Assembly: GCA_951406725.2 (NCBI GenBank)
Contig: OX597823.1
Location: 85,622,001-85,686,000, forward strand
DNA from: Octopus vulgaris
Taxonomy: Eukaryota
Direction of reading: 5' to 3'
Length of the DNA stretch: 64,000 nt
Part shown: one piece after another, positions 1-12,351 of the stretch
Layout: each line of letters begins with the position of its first letter
How positions within the stretch are numbered: the first letter of the stretch is position 1
Position numbers and translations under genes: made by a program
The notes under the pieces: model-generated
Told to the model about the DNA's origin: nothing
The model's database searches: none
Seen by the model: only the letters and a program-made list of their open reading frames with translations

Positions 1-784
1 ACACGAAAAACAGGTACGCTAGGAGAAAGCGTTTAAGAATACACGACTTAAATTTTTTTTTTTGTTAAAAAAACTGACGTCCTAGCTCCATGTGTAAGGA
101 TCTTTGCAATATCCTTCACAAAACAATGGTAACACAGCACCTTACAGGAATCTTAAAAGCAGCTTGAGTCTTATATAGATATCACAGAATCCTCACGAAG
201 TTAGCGGCAACTCACAAACAATGAAACTAAAAATATACAAACTAATTCAACTACAGTAAATCAAACAACTTTAGTCCAGAATCTCACCTATTGTACATCA
301 CATAAAAACATAACAGACAAGAATTAGACGCATTGACTTTGTAAGCGTTATAAAAATCTCTCGTGGTTCGTACGAATATTTTTCCATAGTAATTTTGCTG
401 TTGTTCATAACATCTGATATTTTTTCTTCCTTTCTTCCAACCTTGTTTCCTTCTTTTCTTCTTTTTTCGATTCATTTATGTATGTATTGTGGTATCAATT
501 CGTAAGTATGATTATATAAGACCTTTTCAGCAAAGATCATTTCTATTTTCATCGAATATAAGACACAAAAGATAAATAAATAAACACTAAGCCTTCAATT
601 AAAGCCAAAAGATTCATTCTTTGTTCTCTCTCGCCAACTTTAAATATATATAAACACACACACACAAAAGCACACAAAAATTGCAACACACAAACACGTA
701 TACAAACGTTACCACACAACACACACACTCACTTGTGTGTGTGTGTGTGTAACTCTTTCAAGCGACCTATTACTGTATCTCTGT

Positions 785-811
785 CACTCTATCTGTCTAT
801 CTATCTATCTG

Positions 812-908
<97 letters not shown>

Positions 909-926
909 ATATATATATATATATAT
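785..926. repeat. (ATCT)n then (TA)n microsatellite
   Basis: Direct reading; source of the SIYL-repeat ORFs. Confidence 0.95.
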
Positions 927-1064
927 GTCCGTCTATGTATGTATATATATCATATATATCGGTCTGTCTGTCTATCCGTCTACCTACCTCTCCTTCTACC
1001 TACCTCTCCCTTCTCTCTTTCTCTTTTGTCCATCTATAAATCTATGTGCATATATCTGTATGTA

Positions 1065-1100
<36 letters not shown>

Positions 1101-1627
1101 AATATCTATGTACACATAATCGCATTATGCTTAAACACATAAATACACACATTCTGACTCATATAACCAAATATTTCCGAATATACACACACACACACAC
1201 ACATACACACACATACACACATACATACACACACACATATATATAAGGATATACACATACGTAGGTGTGTACCTGCGTGTGCATATATACACGCATGTAT
1301 ATATATGAGTCTAAGCGCTTGAAAGTGTATATTTGCAAATGGTTCCAATACGTGCTAATATTAATAGTGTTTGAGATACGCGTTTAAATTTGCTGTAAGT
1401 ATGTATTTTCCTTGGTGTCTGTAATTATATCTCAGTAACTCTGTGTTGTGTGCGCATAAACTGCGAATATACACCTTCAAAACCATTCTATATATAGACA
1501 AGTTTGAAGTGGTACAAAAGCGGTAAAAAAATGAGACACTTTGATAGATTTTAATGCTCTATACATACATACATAACTCTCTCTCTCTTTCTCCTTCTGT
1601 ATATATATTTATATATATATATATGTA

Positions 1628-1674
<47 letters not shown>

Positions 1675-2890
1675 TTGTGTGTGTGTGCATGAGTGTGTGT
1701 GTGTGGTTTCATATTTATATATACTAACAAAAAAGCACATTTGTGTTTGTTCATATATTCGTGTACGGTGAGTTGGATAAAAAGTATAGAACAAAAGAAA
1801 AACATAGACATACGTTCATACACTCAGAGACAGATACACACAAACACACGCACACAGATACACACGCATATATACATTCATAAGCATATATATGTATGCG
1901 CACTCATACATATATACCTACAAAAGGCATTCTTATATACATATGTATATAGTATTTTCTGAATAAGAAGATATCATTCGTATAGAAGTTAGACCGGTAC
2001 AATGGTCGTAGCATGTGATGAAGACACTCATGGACAATAAGAATATTATGTAGCTAATGCAACCAGATGAAACTAACAGATATGTCACAAAATTAAATAG
2101 CATTATAAGATTCCCTCCATATATATGACATTATCTGTAGTCAATCTGTCATTTAATTCTGTCATTAATACTCTGTATTATACGTGTGTGTGTACGTTAT
2201 GATGGAGAAATGTATGCAAACTTAATACCAATGTAATTAGGTTTGAACTTGTAAAGGCTTTTCATTGCAGTTTGTCATGGGGAACACCTTCTTGCTTAAG
2301 ACACACACATGTTGAAAGAAGCACTATAGTTAACTCCGATGGCCCTTTATTGCACTGAAGGCTGTATTTCGAACGTATTATTTCTCGTCAACACCAGATA
2401 CCAAGAAAGATAACTCTAAGTTGATTAGAGACCAATGCTTCCTTTACTGTAAATTAGTAAATATTTAATGATTGCGCTTATTGGGCCCTCTCGTAATTGT
2501 TGCGGATTTGCAGCAAATATGTAGAATCGGTAAAAAGTATTTACTGATTAGGGAGCTCCGTTGTTCGAAAGTAGGGTCCCAGTTATTTGATTTAATTTGT
2601 AAGTAACTAAGCACTCCACAAACAGATGTACACTTAATATAATTTGCGTGCGTAATCAGCATAGCCCAGCGTCTAACAACGCCGTACGTCTCAATTACAG
2701 AGAAAATTCATCCGACACAATCCTATGCATTTTCCATGTATCTAGTTCCTTTCACAACTTTCGACTTGATTTCAGATTATATGAAATTACATTTTCCCCG
2801 CAGTCATACATAACACAGAACCTCGTTGCTGAGAAGTAAACTTCTTGAGCATTTAGCCACAGCGTGCCTTCATTGTATATTTAGCATATT

Positions 2891-3102
2891 CTTTTATTCT
2901 TTTATTTGTTTCAGTCATTTGGCTGTGACCATGCTGGATCGCCGCCTTTTGTCGAGCAAATCGACACCCAGGACTTATTCTTTGTAAGCCTGGTACTTAT
3001 TCTATCGGTCTCTCTTGCAGAACCGCTAGGTGACGGGGACATAAACGCACCAGCATCGGTTGTCAAGCGATGTTGGGGGGAAAACACAGAAACACAGCAT
3101 AT

Positions 3103-3118
<16 letters not shown>
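2891..3118 (-). mobile_element. SINE family B, 3' half (split copy)
   Basis: Reverse complement matches 41870-42056 (acatcgcttgacaa...ggcgg...ccagcatgg...cag...tgactgaaaca); the 5' half is at 7488-7639. Confidence 0.85.
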
Positions 3119-3143
<25 letters not shown>

Positions 3144-3241
3144 ACGGGAAGCTTTATGAAAATAAACAAAAGACGAAGGCAGGTGGAAAACAAACGAACA
3201 ATTGTATTAGTATGGCGCTCAGGAAATATAAATAAAACAAG

Positions 3242-3279
3242 TCTTTAACGTTTCGAGCCTACGCTCTTCAACAGAAAGA
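3242..3279 (-). ncRNA. Minimal type I hammerhead-like motif in PLE1 3' end
   Basis: UCUUU-CUGUUGA-A-GAGC(GUAG)GCUC-GAA-ACGU-U-AAAGA: 5-bp stem I, 4-bp stem II, palindromic ACGU stem III; core has U in place of A6. Confidence 0.65.
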
Positions 3280-3454
3280 TACACAGAGAGAGAAAAACAC
3301 AGAAAGAAGGAGAGAAAAAAAAATGCGTGCAGTAGCTAACGAATCAACATGGCGATCTGATTTCGGCCAGAGGTCAAAGATCAAACATGAGACGCGAGAG
3401 CGAAATAAGGGGAGATAATAGGGTTGATAAAAGGGTTGAGGGACCAGCTAAAAG

Positions 3455-3765
3455 TGCGTGGGAGGGGTCTGGATGTGTGTATGTATAGGGTTGGTGTATG
3501 TATTAGTATGTATAAGGGTGTGTGTGTGTGTGTGTATGAGAGAGTATTAGTGCGTAAGATTGGTCTGGACGTGCGTATGTATGGGGTTGGTGTATGTATT
3601 AGTATGTATTAGTATGTATTAGTACGTATTGGTATGTATAGGTGTGTGTGTGTGTGTGTGAGAGAGTATAAGTGCGTATGCGGGGTCTGGACGTGTGTAT
3701 GTATAGGGTTGGTGTAAGTATTAGTATGTACTGGTATGTATTAGTACGTATTAGTATGTATTAGT
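3455..3765. repeat. About 3 tandem units of 95-120 bp in the PLE1 3' UTR, with an internal GTATTAGTAT decamer
   Basis: ggtctgga(t/c)gtg...gggttggtgta recurs three times. Confidence 0.8.
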
Positions 3766-3776
3766 TGGTGTGTGTA

Positions 3777-5450
3777 TTAGTATGGCACATCATATGTGAT
3801 GTGATGTGTAAAGTCATGTGGTGTAGTGAGGAGAAGAGGGGGAGGGGGAGAAGAGGGGGAGAGAAGGCGAGGGGAAGAAGAGGGGGAGGAGAAGGGGGAA
3901 TAGGAGAGGATGGGAGAGAGAGAGGAAGGGGAGGAGGGGGAGGAGGAAAGAGGGAGAGAGGGAGTGAGGGAGCAGAGGGAAGGGGAAGAGGGAGGGAGAA
4001 AGAGGGAAGAAGGGAAGGGGAGTAGGGGTGAAAGGATGAAGGACTGTAGAAGTAGGGGTCGGGGGGAGAAAGGATAGGTGAGGAGGGGAGAGAGGGGGGT
4101 TAGATGAGGAGGGGGAGAGTTGAGACCAAATGGCGTATAAGAGCGAAGAGAGAAGATTAATTCCTGTTCACGGCGCAAACGGGAATCCGGATGGCCTCTG
4201 TGTAAGGACAAACCGAACACAGATAGGTGTTGCAAGGAGTGACCGGTGGAGCGGAAATGGCGTGAGACCGGTGTGTCGTTCGCAAGGTGGATGTCACGAA
4301 GGTGTTCCGCGAACCGGTCAGCCAAGCGGCGTCCCGTTTGTCCGATATACAAGGAATTGCAGAGAGAGCAAGAGATGCAATAGATAATATTGCTGGAGGT
4401 GCAGGTGAAGGAGTGGATGATGGGATAGGGTCGATGGTGGGTGCTAGTGAGGCGGGTGGTGTTGGAGAGGTAAGGGCAAGTGCGGCAACGTGGGCGGGAG
4501 CAGGGGAACGAGCCGGGTTGGGAGGTAGGGTCAGGGAAGGAGCTATGGACCAAAAGGTCTCGAAGGTTGTGGGCTCGTTTGAAAGAGGGGAGGGGTCGGT
4601 TAGGGAAGAGGTGTGAAGTGGACGGGTCGGACTGGAGATGACGGAAAGCTCGAAGAATGGTGCGTTGGAGACGTAGGGTCGTGGGGTGGTAAGTGAGGGG
4701 AAAAGGGAGGCGGGAGACTACAGGGCGGGTTCGGGGAGAGAGAGCAGATACACGGTCCACGGACCGTGCTCTGGCAAGGGCGGTGTGGATAGTGGTGAGG
4801 GGGTATCCACGTAGGGTGAAGTGGTGAGCCATACGTTGAGACTGAGTCTCAAAGTCATGGTCGTCACTACAGAGCCTACGTAGACGGAGGAATTGGGAAT
4901 AGGGGATGGAAAGCTTGGTGTGTTCTGGGTGGGAGGAAGAGAAGTTGAGGTATGAGTGTGAGTCTGTGTGTTTGTAGTGAATGGAGGTGGTAAGAGTGGA
5001 GTGAAGAATGCTAACCGAAATGTCGAGGAAGGAGACAGAGGTGTTGGAGATAGTGGAAGTGAAGTGGAGGGCTGGATGGAAAGATTGGACGAAAGAGAGG
5101 AAGGAATCTAGATGTTCGCGGGAGAGTGAGGTGGCACCGATAATGTCGTCAATATAACGACCATATAGTTCAGGAGTGGGACCAGTGAAATTAGAGAATA
5201 TTTGGGCCTCAACATAGCCAACGAACAGGTTCGCATAGTTGGGGCCCATTCGCGTTCCCATGGCCACTCCCGAGACCTGATGGTAGAACTCGCCCGCGAA
5301 CGAGAAGCAGTTCAGAGTAAGGACAAGTTCGGCCAGACGAATGAGTGTGGAGGTGTCAGGTACAGGGTTAGAGCGGAGGTCAAGAAAGTGTCGAAGGGCC
5401 TGCAGTCCTTCGTGGTGAGGGATAACAGTATAGAGGCTTTGGATGTCCAT
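3777..5450 (-). CDS. PLE reverse transcriptase plus GIY-YIG endonuclease (partial; frame open back to about 5537)
   Basis: MDIQSLYT (RT motif A), GVAMGTRMGP, RYIDD, FLD, YKHTDSHSYL; linker CSRPRCRTC...FTC; IYCISCSLCNSLYIGQT...RFAEH...REQELI...GLN; low-complexity run-on after GLN. Confidence 0.93.
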   Translation of the reverse strand: MDIQSLYTVIPHHEGLQALRHFLDLRSNPVPDTSTLIRLAELVLTLNCFSFAGEFYHQVSGVAMGTRMGPNYANLFVGYVEAQIFSNFTGPTPELYGRYIDDIIGATSLSREHLDSFLSFVQSFHPALHFTSTISNTSVSFLDISVSILHSTLTTSIHYKHTDSHSYLNFSSSHPEHTKLSIPYSQFLRLRRLCSDDHDFETQSQRMAHHFTLRGYPLTTIHTALARARSVDRVSALSPRTRPVVSRLPFPLTYHPTTLRLQRTILRAFRHLQSDPSTSHLFPNRPLPSFKRAHNLRDLLVHSSFPDPTSQPGSFPCSRPRCRTCPYLSNTTRLTSTHHRPYPIIHSFTCTSSNIIYCISCSLCNSLYIGQTGRRLADRFAEHLRDIHLANDTPVSRHFRSTGHSLQHLSVFGLSLHRGHPDSRLRREQELIFSLRSYTPFGLNSPPPHLTPLSPLLTYPFSPRPLLLQSFILSPLLPFPSSLFLPPSSPSLCSLTPSLPLSSSPSSPSSLSPILSYSPFSSPSSSPRLLSPSSPPPPLLLTTPHDFTHHITYDVPY

Positions 5451-5535
5451 AGTAAAAAGGATTTTGGAGGAGCCGGGAGGAAAGGAGAAAGAGTTGAAAA
5501 GCCGGAGAGCATGGTTGGTATCGTGGATGTGGGAG

Positions 5536-7469
5536 TAGCAGTATCGCCCGGCGTTGCTCGGGTTTGTAAGGGAAATAACTATATAAGCATTTTTAGTGAG
5601 TTATAGCAAAAAAATAGCAAAAAATGCATTAAAAATGGAATCAAAAATTATGGTAAATTTTTTTTTAAATCGTTGACTCATCGTAGACATTTTTAGAGAG
5701 TTACTTCCCGTATATAATAGCGAAAAATGAATTAAAATGGAATAAAAAAATGATGGTAAATTTTTTTTAAATCGTAGACTCATCGTAGACGCGCGCTAAT
5801 ACCCAGAAGGGCTCGATATGAATCACGACTATAAGATACCCGGTTTTGGTTAAACTGCACCGCAAAATGTGGGAGTAGTTAGGAATCTAAATCGTAGGAG
5901 ACAGACACACAACTTCACTTTTATATATAAATATTTGCGCAACAACTAAAACATTCGGTTGTGCAAATTGTTTGCACAGGAAACCTTCCCTGTGTGGCGG
6001 TTTTTGCCGCTTTTTGTGGATCTGTTTCAGCTTTTTTAGCGATTTCTGTTTTGGCGACTTCAAGCCATGAAGTCGTTGTTCTAAAAGAACGCTGGTCTCC
6101 TTGACAACGCATTACGACGTTGATTTCATTACACTCCCTTCCCCATAGCTTCACGAGGGAGGGAAGAAGGGGGAGAAACAACACAGGTGCAGATGTGAGC
6201 ATGGACGCCAACTCCGCCGCCATCGACACACGAAAAAATATGCATTAAAATGGAATAAAAAATGATGTTAAATTATTTTTAAAATCGTAGACTCATCGTA
6301 GACGCGCGCTAATAGCCAGACGGGCTCGATATGAATCCCGACTATAAGATACCCGAATTTGATTAAACTGCACCGCAAAATGTGGGAGTAGTTAGGAATC
6401 TAAATCGAAGGGGACAGACACTCACACAACTACAGTTTTATATATATACTAGCAGTATCGCCCGGCGTTGCTCGGGTTTGTAAGGGAAATAACTATATAA
6501 GCATTTTTAGAGAGTTACTTCCTTTATAGATGCCAATTCGGGCTTTCTTAGCCATTTCTGTTTTGGTGTCTTCAAGCCATGAAGTCGTTGTTCTAAAAGA
6601 ACGCTGGTCTCCTTGACAACGCATTACGACGTTGATTTCCCTAAACTCCCTTCCCCACAGCTTCACGAGGGAGGGAAGAAGGGGGAGAAGCAAACACAGG
6701 TGCAGGTGTTTGAGCTTGGACGCCAACTCCGCCGCCATCGACACACGAAAAATTATGCATTAAAATGGAATAAAAAATGATGTTAAATTATTTTTAAAAT
6801 CGTAGACTCATCGTAGACGCGCGCTAATAGCCAGACGGGCTTGATATTATTCCCGACTATAAGACACCCGAATTTGGTTAAACTGCACCGCAAAATGTGG
6901 GAGGAGTTAGGAATCTAAATCGTAGGAGACAGACACTCACACAACTACAATTTTATATATATACTAGCAGTATCGCCCGGCGTTGCTCGGGTTTGTAAGG
7001 GAAATAACTATATAAGCATTTTTAGAGAGTTACTTCCCTTATAAATTCGGGCTTTCTTAGCCATTTTTGTTTTGGTGTCTTCAAGCCATGAAGTCATTGT
7101 TCTAAACGAACGCTGGTTTCCTTCACAACGCATTACGACGTTGATTTCTTTACACTCCCTTCCCCACAGCTTCACGAGGGAGGGAAGGGGGAGAAGCAAA
7201 CAGGTGCAGGTGTGAGCGTGGACGCCAACTCCGCCGCCATCGACACACGATGCATTTTATGCATTAAAATGGAATAAAAAATGATGTTAAATTATTTTTA
7301 AAATCGTAGACTCATCGTTGACGCGCGCTAATAGTCAGACGGGCTCGATATGAATCACGACTATAAGATACCCGAATTTGGTTAAACTGCACCGCAAAAT
7401 GTGGGAGGAGTTAGGAATCTAAATCGAAGGGGACAGACACTCACACAACTAGAGTTTTATATATATAGA
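5536..7469 (-). mobile_element. Head-to-tail array of about 4 non-autonomous Helitrons (full unit about 510 bp)
   Basis: Minus strand starts A|TCTATATATATAAAA at 7469; units end cccgagcaacgccggg hairpin plus CTAG at 6964, 6449 and (clipped) 5536; unit bodies are homologous. Confidence 0.85.
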
Positions 7470-7487
7470 TATATATATACATATATA

Positions 7488-7639
7488 CGACGGGCTTCTT
7501 TCAATTTCCATCTACAAAGTCCACTCACAAGGCTTTGGTCAGCCCGAGGCTAGATTAGAATACACTTTCTCAAGGTGCTACGCAGTGGGACTGAACCCGG
7601 AACCATGTGGTTGGTAAGCAAGTTATTTACCACAAAGCC
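7488..7639 (-). mobile_element. SINE family B, 5' half (tRNA-like head) of the split copy
   Basis: Reverse complement matches 41643-41795, with A-box and B-box-like ggttcagtccc. Confidence 0.85.
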
Positions 7640-7794
7640 CAAGGAAAGTTTGATATTTTACTTTGCTTTTGTATCAGGTTTGCAATAATCTTTATGGAAT
7701 TCGTGTGTTGAATTCTGCAACTCTGTTAATTCTATTATGTATGTTTGCAAATATACAAATAAAGGTTTAGATGCTGCAGCATACTTTCTTATGT

Positions 7795-8620
7795 AGAATG
7801 CGAACGACGAGAATGGCAGAGGAAGATAAATCAGTACCACTGAAGTTTTTGGCGCATCTTCAATTCTCCCATTCTTGAGAGACACCTAGCCACCATTCAT
7901 CTGAGAGTCCATCTAGAGAATGGCCACAGGGTTATCTTTACAAAACAAACAGCCTTCCAACAAGCATTTTCTCCAAATGAAACTACCCTTACTGCCTTTC
8001 TTAAGTTGCTTCAAGTAGATGACGATGCAAGAAAACTCCTTTTTCCTCAATTACCCAAGTATTACACCTGGAGAAACAATAAGTAACACAAGAGGAAACC
8101 GGCTTGCATGAAGTAAGTAGTCCCAAATCATTCCAAGATTCAAGGAAGATAAATGTTCTAGTATGTGAAACTTATAGGGAAGCCTGCTATCGACAAGGAT
8201 TTTTAGAAAATGATGCGCATTGGAAATTTGCATTTACTGAAGCATCAGTACCAGATTCTCCAAGGAAATTCCGTACCCTTTTTACAATTATACTCAAGAT
8301 GTATCAACTTGGCCGTCTCCTAAAGTTTGGGATAAAACATTGTGAGAACGTGGTTGAGGACTTAAAGTATGCAGTTCAACAGGCAAACCCAGGTATCAAT
8401 ATTCAGTTCCCTGAAGCAATTTTTAACCGAACACGGATTGAAATTGTGGATCAAGTTTTGGCCACAGGAGGCACAAATTTGCAAGGGTCTGGTTCTGGTC
8501 TGACGGAAGCAATCTTCAAATTAGTGATTTAACTGCAAGAGACAGCAAGAGAGGTAAATTATGACATCACAGACCTGGGTGTATTTCTTAATGAACATGA
8601 ACCTATACTTCTTCCAGAGA
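7795..8620 (+). pseudogene. Helitron RepHel relic (region between Rep and helicase)
   Basis: Across frameshifts: WRIFNSPILERHLATIHLRVHLENGHRVIFT...TTLTAFLKLLQVDDDARKLLFPQLPKYYTW...PKSFQDSRKINVLVCETYREACYRQGFLENDAHW; stops and frameshifts present. Confidence 0.85.
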
Positions 8621-8661
8621 GAAGTTGTGCATATGATAACATTTTTCGTGTTTTATTATAA

Positions 8662-8696
8662 TTATTATTATTATTATTGTTATTATTATTATTATG

Positions 8697-8785
<89 letters not shown>

Positions 8786-8790
8786 CATTA
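8662..8790. repeat. (ATT)n microsatellite
   Basis: Direct reading. Confidence 0.95.
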
Positions 8791-8915
8791 TTTTGTTTTG
8801 TGAATTGATTTCTCAACCTAGAAATAATCTGTATGCCAATTGAAGAAAAAATTAAATTTAGAATAATAAAATATATTTTGCTTTCTGCTTTCAATATACG
8901 AGGAACAATATTATT

Positions 8916-8943
8916 CTCGAGCAACGCCAGGTGCCTCTGCTAG
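8916..8943 (+). mobile_element. Helitron 3' terminus closing the RepHel relic
   Basis: ctcgagcaacgccagg...gCTAG|T, same hairpin family as the array. Confidence 0.7.
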
Positions 8944-8951
8944 TATATATA

Positions 8952-9023
<72 letters not shown>

Positions 9024-9028
9024 TATAT

Positions 9029-9211
9029 CGTTGGCGATTTTCTTTCTCCGTTTTCCCTTCCTTGGACCTTTCCTTTTCCTATGTTTCTGACGAAGAGCTC
9101 CGCTCGAAACATTAAATCCTCCTTCTTTCTTTCCTTTCATGAGCGTCCAATAACACTATAGTGCTCCACGTCCTTGAGTTGTGTTTTGTTTTTGTACATG
9201 TTTGGAGTAAC
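9029..9211 (+). mobile_element. Solo PLE 3' end/pLTR inside (TA)n
   Basis: Flanked by (TA)n on both sides; homologous to 26766-26930 and 16084-16186, related to the PLE1 3' end. Confidence 0.75.
9083..9117 (+). ncRNA. Minimal hammerhead-like motif
   Basis: GUUU-CUGACGA-A-GAGC(UCC)GCUC-GAAAC-AU-U-AAAU; canonical core, one stem III mismatch. Confidence 0.7.
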
Positions 9212-9696
9212 TATATATATATAGATAGATATGGATATACAGGCATGCACAGATATGTACTTATATATATATAAATACGCACGCGTATACATATATACAC
9301 TCATATTTTCTTATCCTCCTCTCTCTTTCTCTCATTCTTTTTCTCTTCTCTCTCTCTCTCTATCTCTTTAGACGCACATAAACACACATCCATACATAGA
9401 CATGGAGAGGCTCTTATATATATATATATATAAGTATTATACATTTCAGTCTTGCTACCTATTGACAAAACCGATTACAGGCTATTGAATGATATCACCG
9501 AGAATTCAGTTAAACAATTCAGGGCAACTTTTTTTAAAATTTATTTTTTATTGTTTACTTAGCTGTCTGAAATATTTGAATCAGTACTTTCTCTGTATTA
9601 CCCATCCCTCACCTTCTCTGTTTTTCTGTCTGTCTGTCTCTCTTTCCCTTTCACTATCCCCCTTTTATTTCATTTATATATATATATATATATGTA

Positions 9697-9748
<52 letters not shown>

Positions 9749-10690
9749 GAGAGAGATGGATATAGATATATATACATATATATATACACTTATGTGTATT
9801 TATTCATATATATATATACATACAAACATATATATGTATATATATATATGTATATATATATATATGCACATGCAAACATATATATGTGCATACATCTATA
9901 TTCACACACACACGTATATACTAATAGATATATTTATATTTTGGTATATGTGTGTGCGTGTATATTTATAAATATATACTTATGCATGCATGTATGCATT
10001 TGTGTGTGCGTGTATGTGTATGCGTGTCTGTGTTTCTATATATAATGTTGTGTATTGTTTTCCCTCCTCTTATATTATTTACACTTTGAACCGATGTTTT
10101 CAAAGGAACTGTTAGCATCTCTTACTCAACGCATCCTACAAACCACAAACATGCTGCTGCCTTCACTTAAACTAGCAATCAATTGCACCAATTCTTTTCA
10201 TTCTAAAACACTTCTCTTCGCCCCCGCAACGTTTCGCCGCTTTCAGTTCTTTTCTCCTTTTTTTCTATTGAAGTCAATTTCGGAGATATTAAAAGTATTT
10301 TCATTCTTCCTCTATCTTTCAAAAATATTTTAACCATTTGTCATGAAGTTATATTCCATTATGTTTCTTGTCTAGAAAACTGATATGAAAGTTTCATTTA
10401 GTTTTATTTATTTTGTATATTTTAATTTTTTTTTTCTTTTCTCATATGTGTATTTTTTGTTTTGAAGTTTTTTTCATTTTCATATGAAATCAAAATATCA
10501 TCTTTAAATCATTTAGTAACAAAATATTGTCCTCACGCATGCGTTTGTGAGTTCATATATATATGTGTATGCATGCATACATATATAAATACACAGACAC
10601 ACATAATTGTATATACATATATGTGCAAAATATATTCTATTTGATATATATGCGTATATATACATATATAAGCAATTTTATGTTTATTAT

Positions 10691-10741
<51 letters not shown>

Positions 10742-10772
10742 TATAGATTATATATGATATAGATTATATATG

Positions 10773-10817
<45 letters not shown>

Positions 10818-10820
10818 TGG

Positions 10821-10901
<81 letters not shown>

Positions 10902-11250
10902 ATATTTACTTACGTACATATATTTATGTATATGTGTTCCTAAGCATGTATGTATGTATGTATGTGTGTAACCAAGTATGTATACAAGCATGTATGTATG
11001 TATGTATGTATGTATGTATGTATGTACGTATGTGTGTATGTATGTATAACGTGTACCCTTAACAAAGAACCTTGTAGCGAAAGACATTGATACATCAATG
11101 TTTACCGTCTTCGAAATAATCAACAATACAACCCTCAATGGTTTGTGTTAAGTGGATATTTTCCCCGCATTCACTATTTATAAACTTAATAAAAATCATA
11201 ATAAAAATATACAGAGACAGAGAGAAACACATACCTGCCTATATACATAT

Positions 11251-11310
<60 letters not shown>

Positions 11311-11452
11311 CTACGCATATATTTTTTTTCTACAGTAACTGTATCACTTTCTATTTGCTTTACGATTTCTCATTTCTTTCTTCATTTACATTTATACATA
11401 TATATATTTCATATATATATGTGTATATATACATATAAAAATATGTATGTAT

Positions 11453-11498
<46 letters not shown>

Positions 11499-11510
11499 GC
11501 ATACATACAT

Positions 11511-11586
<76 letters not shown>

Positions 11587-11939
11587 GCATATATATATAT
11601 GATGTATATAAAAACTTTCAATTGGTATGTGAATGAATATCGTATTATATTTATCTGAAATTATGTTTTAAGAAATTTCCAGTATGAATGGAAAAAAAAT
11701 TCTTTTAAACTGTTTCAAAAACATTTGCGCTTTTCATCGTTCAATTTATTGGTAGCTTGTTGTTGCTAATATGTATGTTATATCGTCGTTTTTTGCTATT
11801 ATTAGGATTACTATAGGCCACTTTGTCACCAGTAGGACCAACGCCATCAACACCAAAATCCCATGATAAATAGCAGCACTATATTCACAAAGACAGGTCC
11901 CGCCATTTCCACCGTAGCCAACCATACACATGTCCTCCT

Positions 11940-11982
11940 CCACCAACACCACCACAACAATTATCATCATCATCATCACCAC

Positions 11983-12026
<44 letters not shown>

Positions 12027-12156
12027 GTATTGTCACCGTTATGAACGTCGTTATCATCATCGTTACTTTCATAGACATCTTCATCGGAGTGTCTTCATCG
12101 TTGACATCATTATCGTGATCATTATCATCATCATCATCACCACAACCACAACCACC

Positions 12157-12190
<34 letters not shown>

Positions 12191-12350
12191 TCATCACCAC
12201 CATCATCATCACCACCACCATCATCAGCATCAGTATCTTCTTCTTCTTCCTCTTGCTTTTCGTCCTCTTCTTCAACAACATCATCGTCATAATAACAACA
12301 ACAGCAACAACAACAACAACGACGACGACGACGATGATGATGATGATGTT
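11940..12350. repeat. Compound trinucleotide microsatellite (CAT/CAC/CTT/AAC/GAC/GAT)
   Basis: Direct reading. Confidence 0.9.
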
Positions 12351-12351
12351 G

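Larger units (their letters stand above)
3143..5535 (-). mobile_element. Penelope-like retroelement PLE1 (Neptune type), 5'-truncated
   Basis: RT plus GIY-YIG ORF, 3' UTR with hammerhead motif, 3' end abuts (TA)n at 3119-3143. Confidence 0.93.

Noticed and set aside
5921-7199. Three similar short ORFs (...SLVKLWGRE...) resembling a tandem gene family
   Set aside because: They are frames within Helitron repeat units; starts and lengths are inconsistent
5536-7469. CRISPR-like or satellite array
   Set aside because: Units are about 500 bp with Helitron termini and no unique spacers, in eukaryotic context
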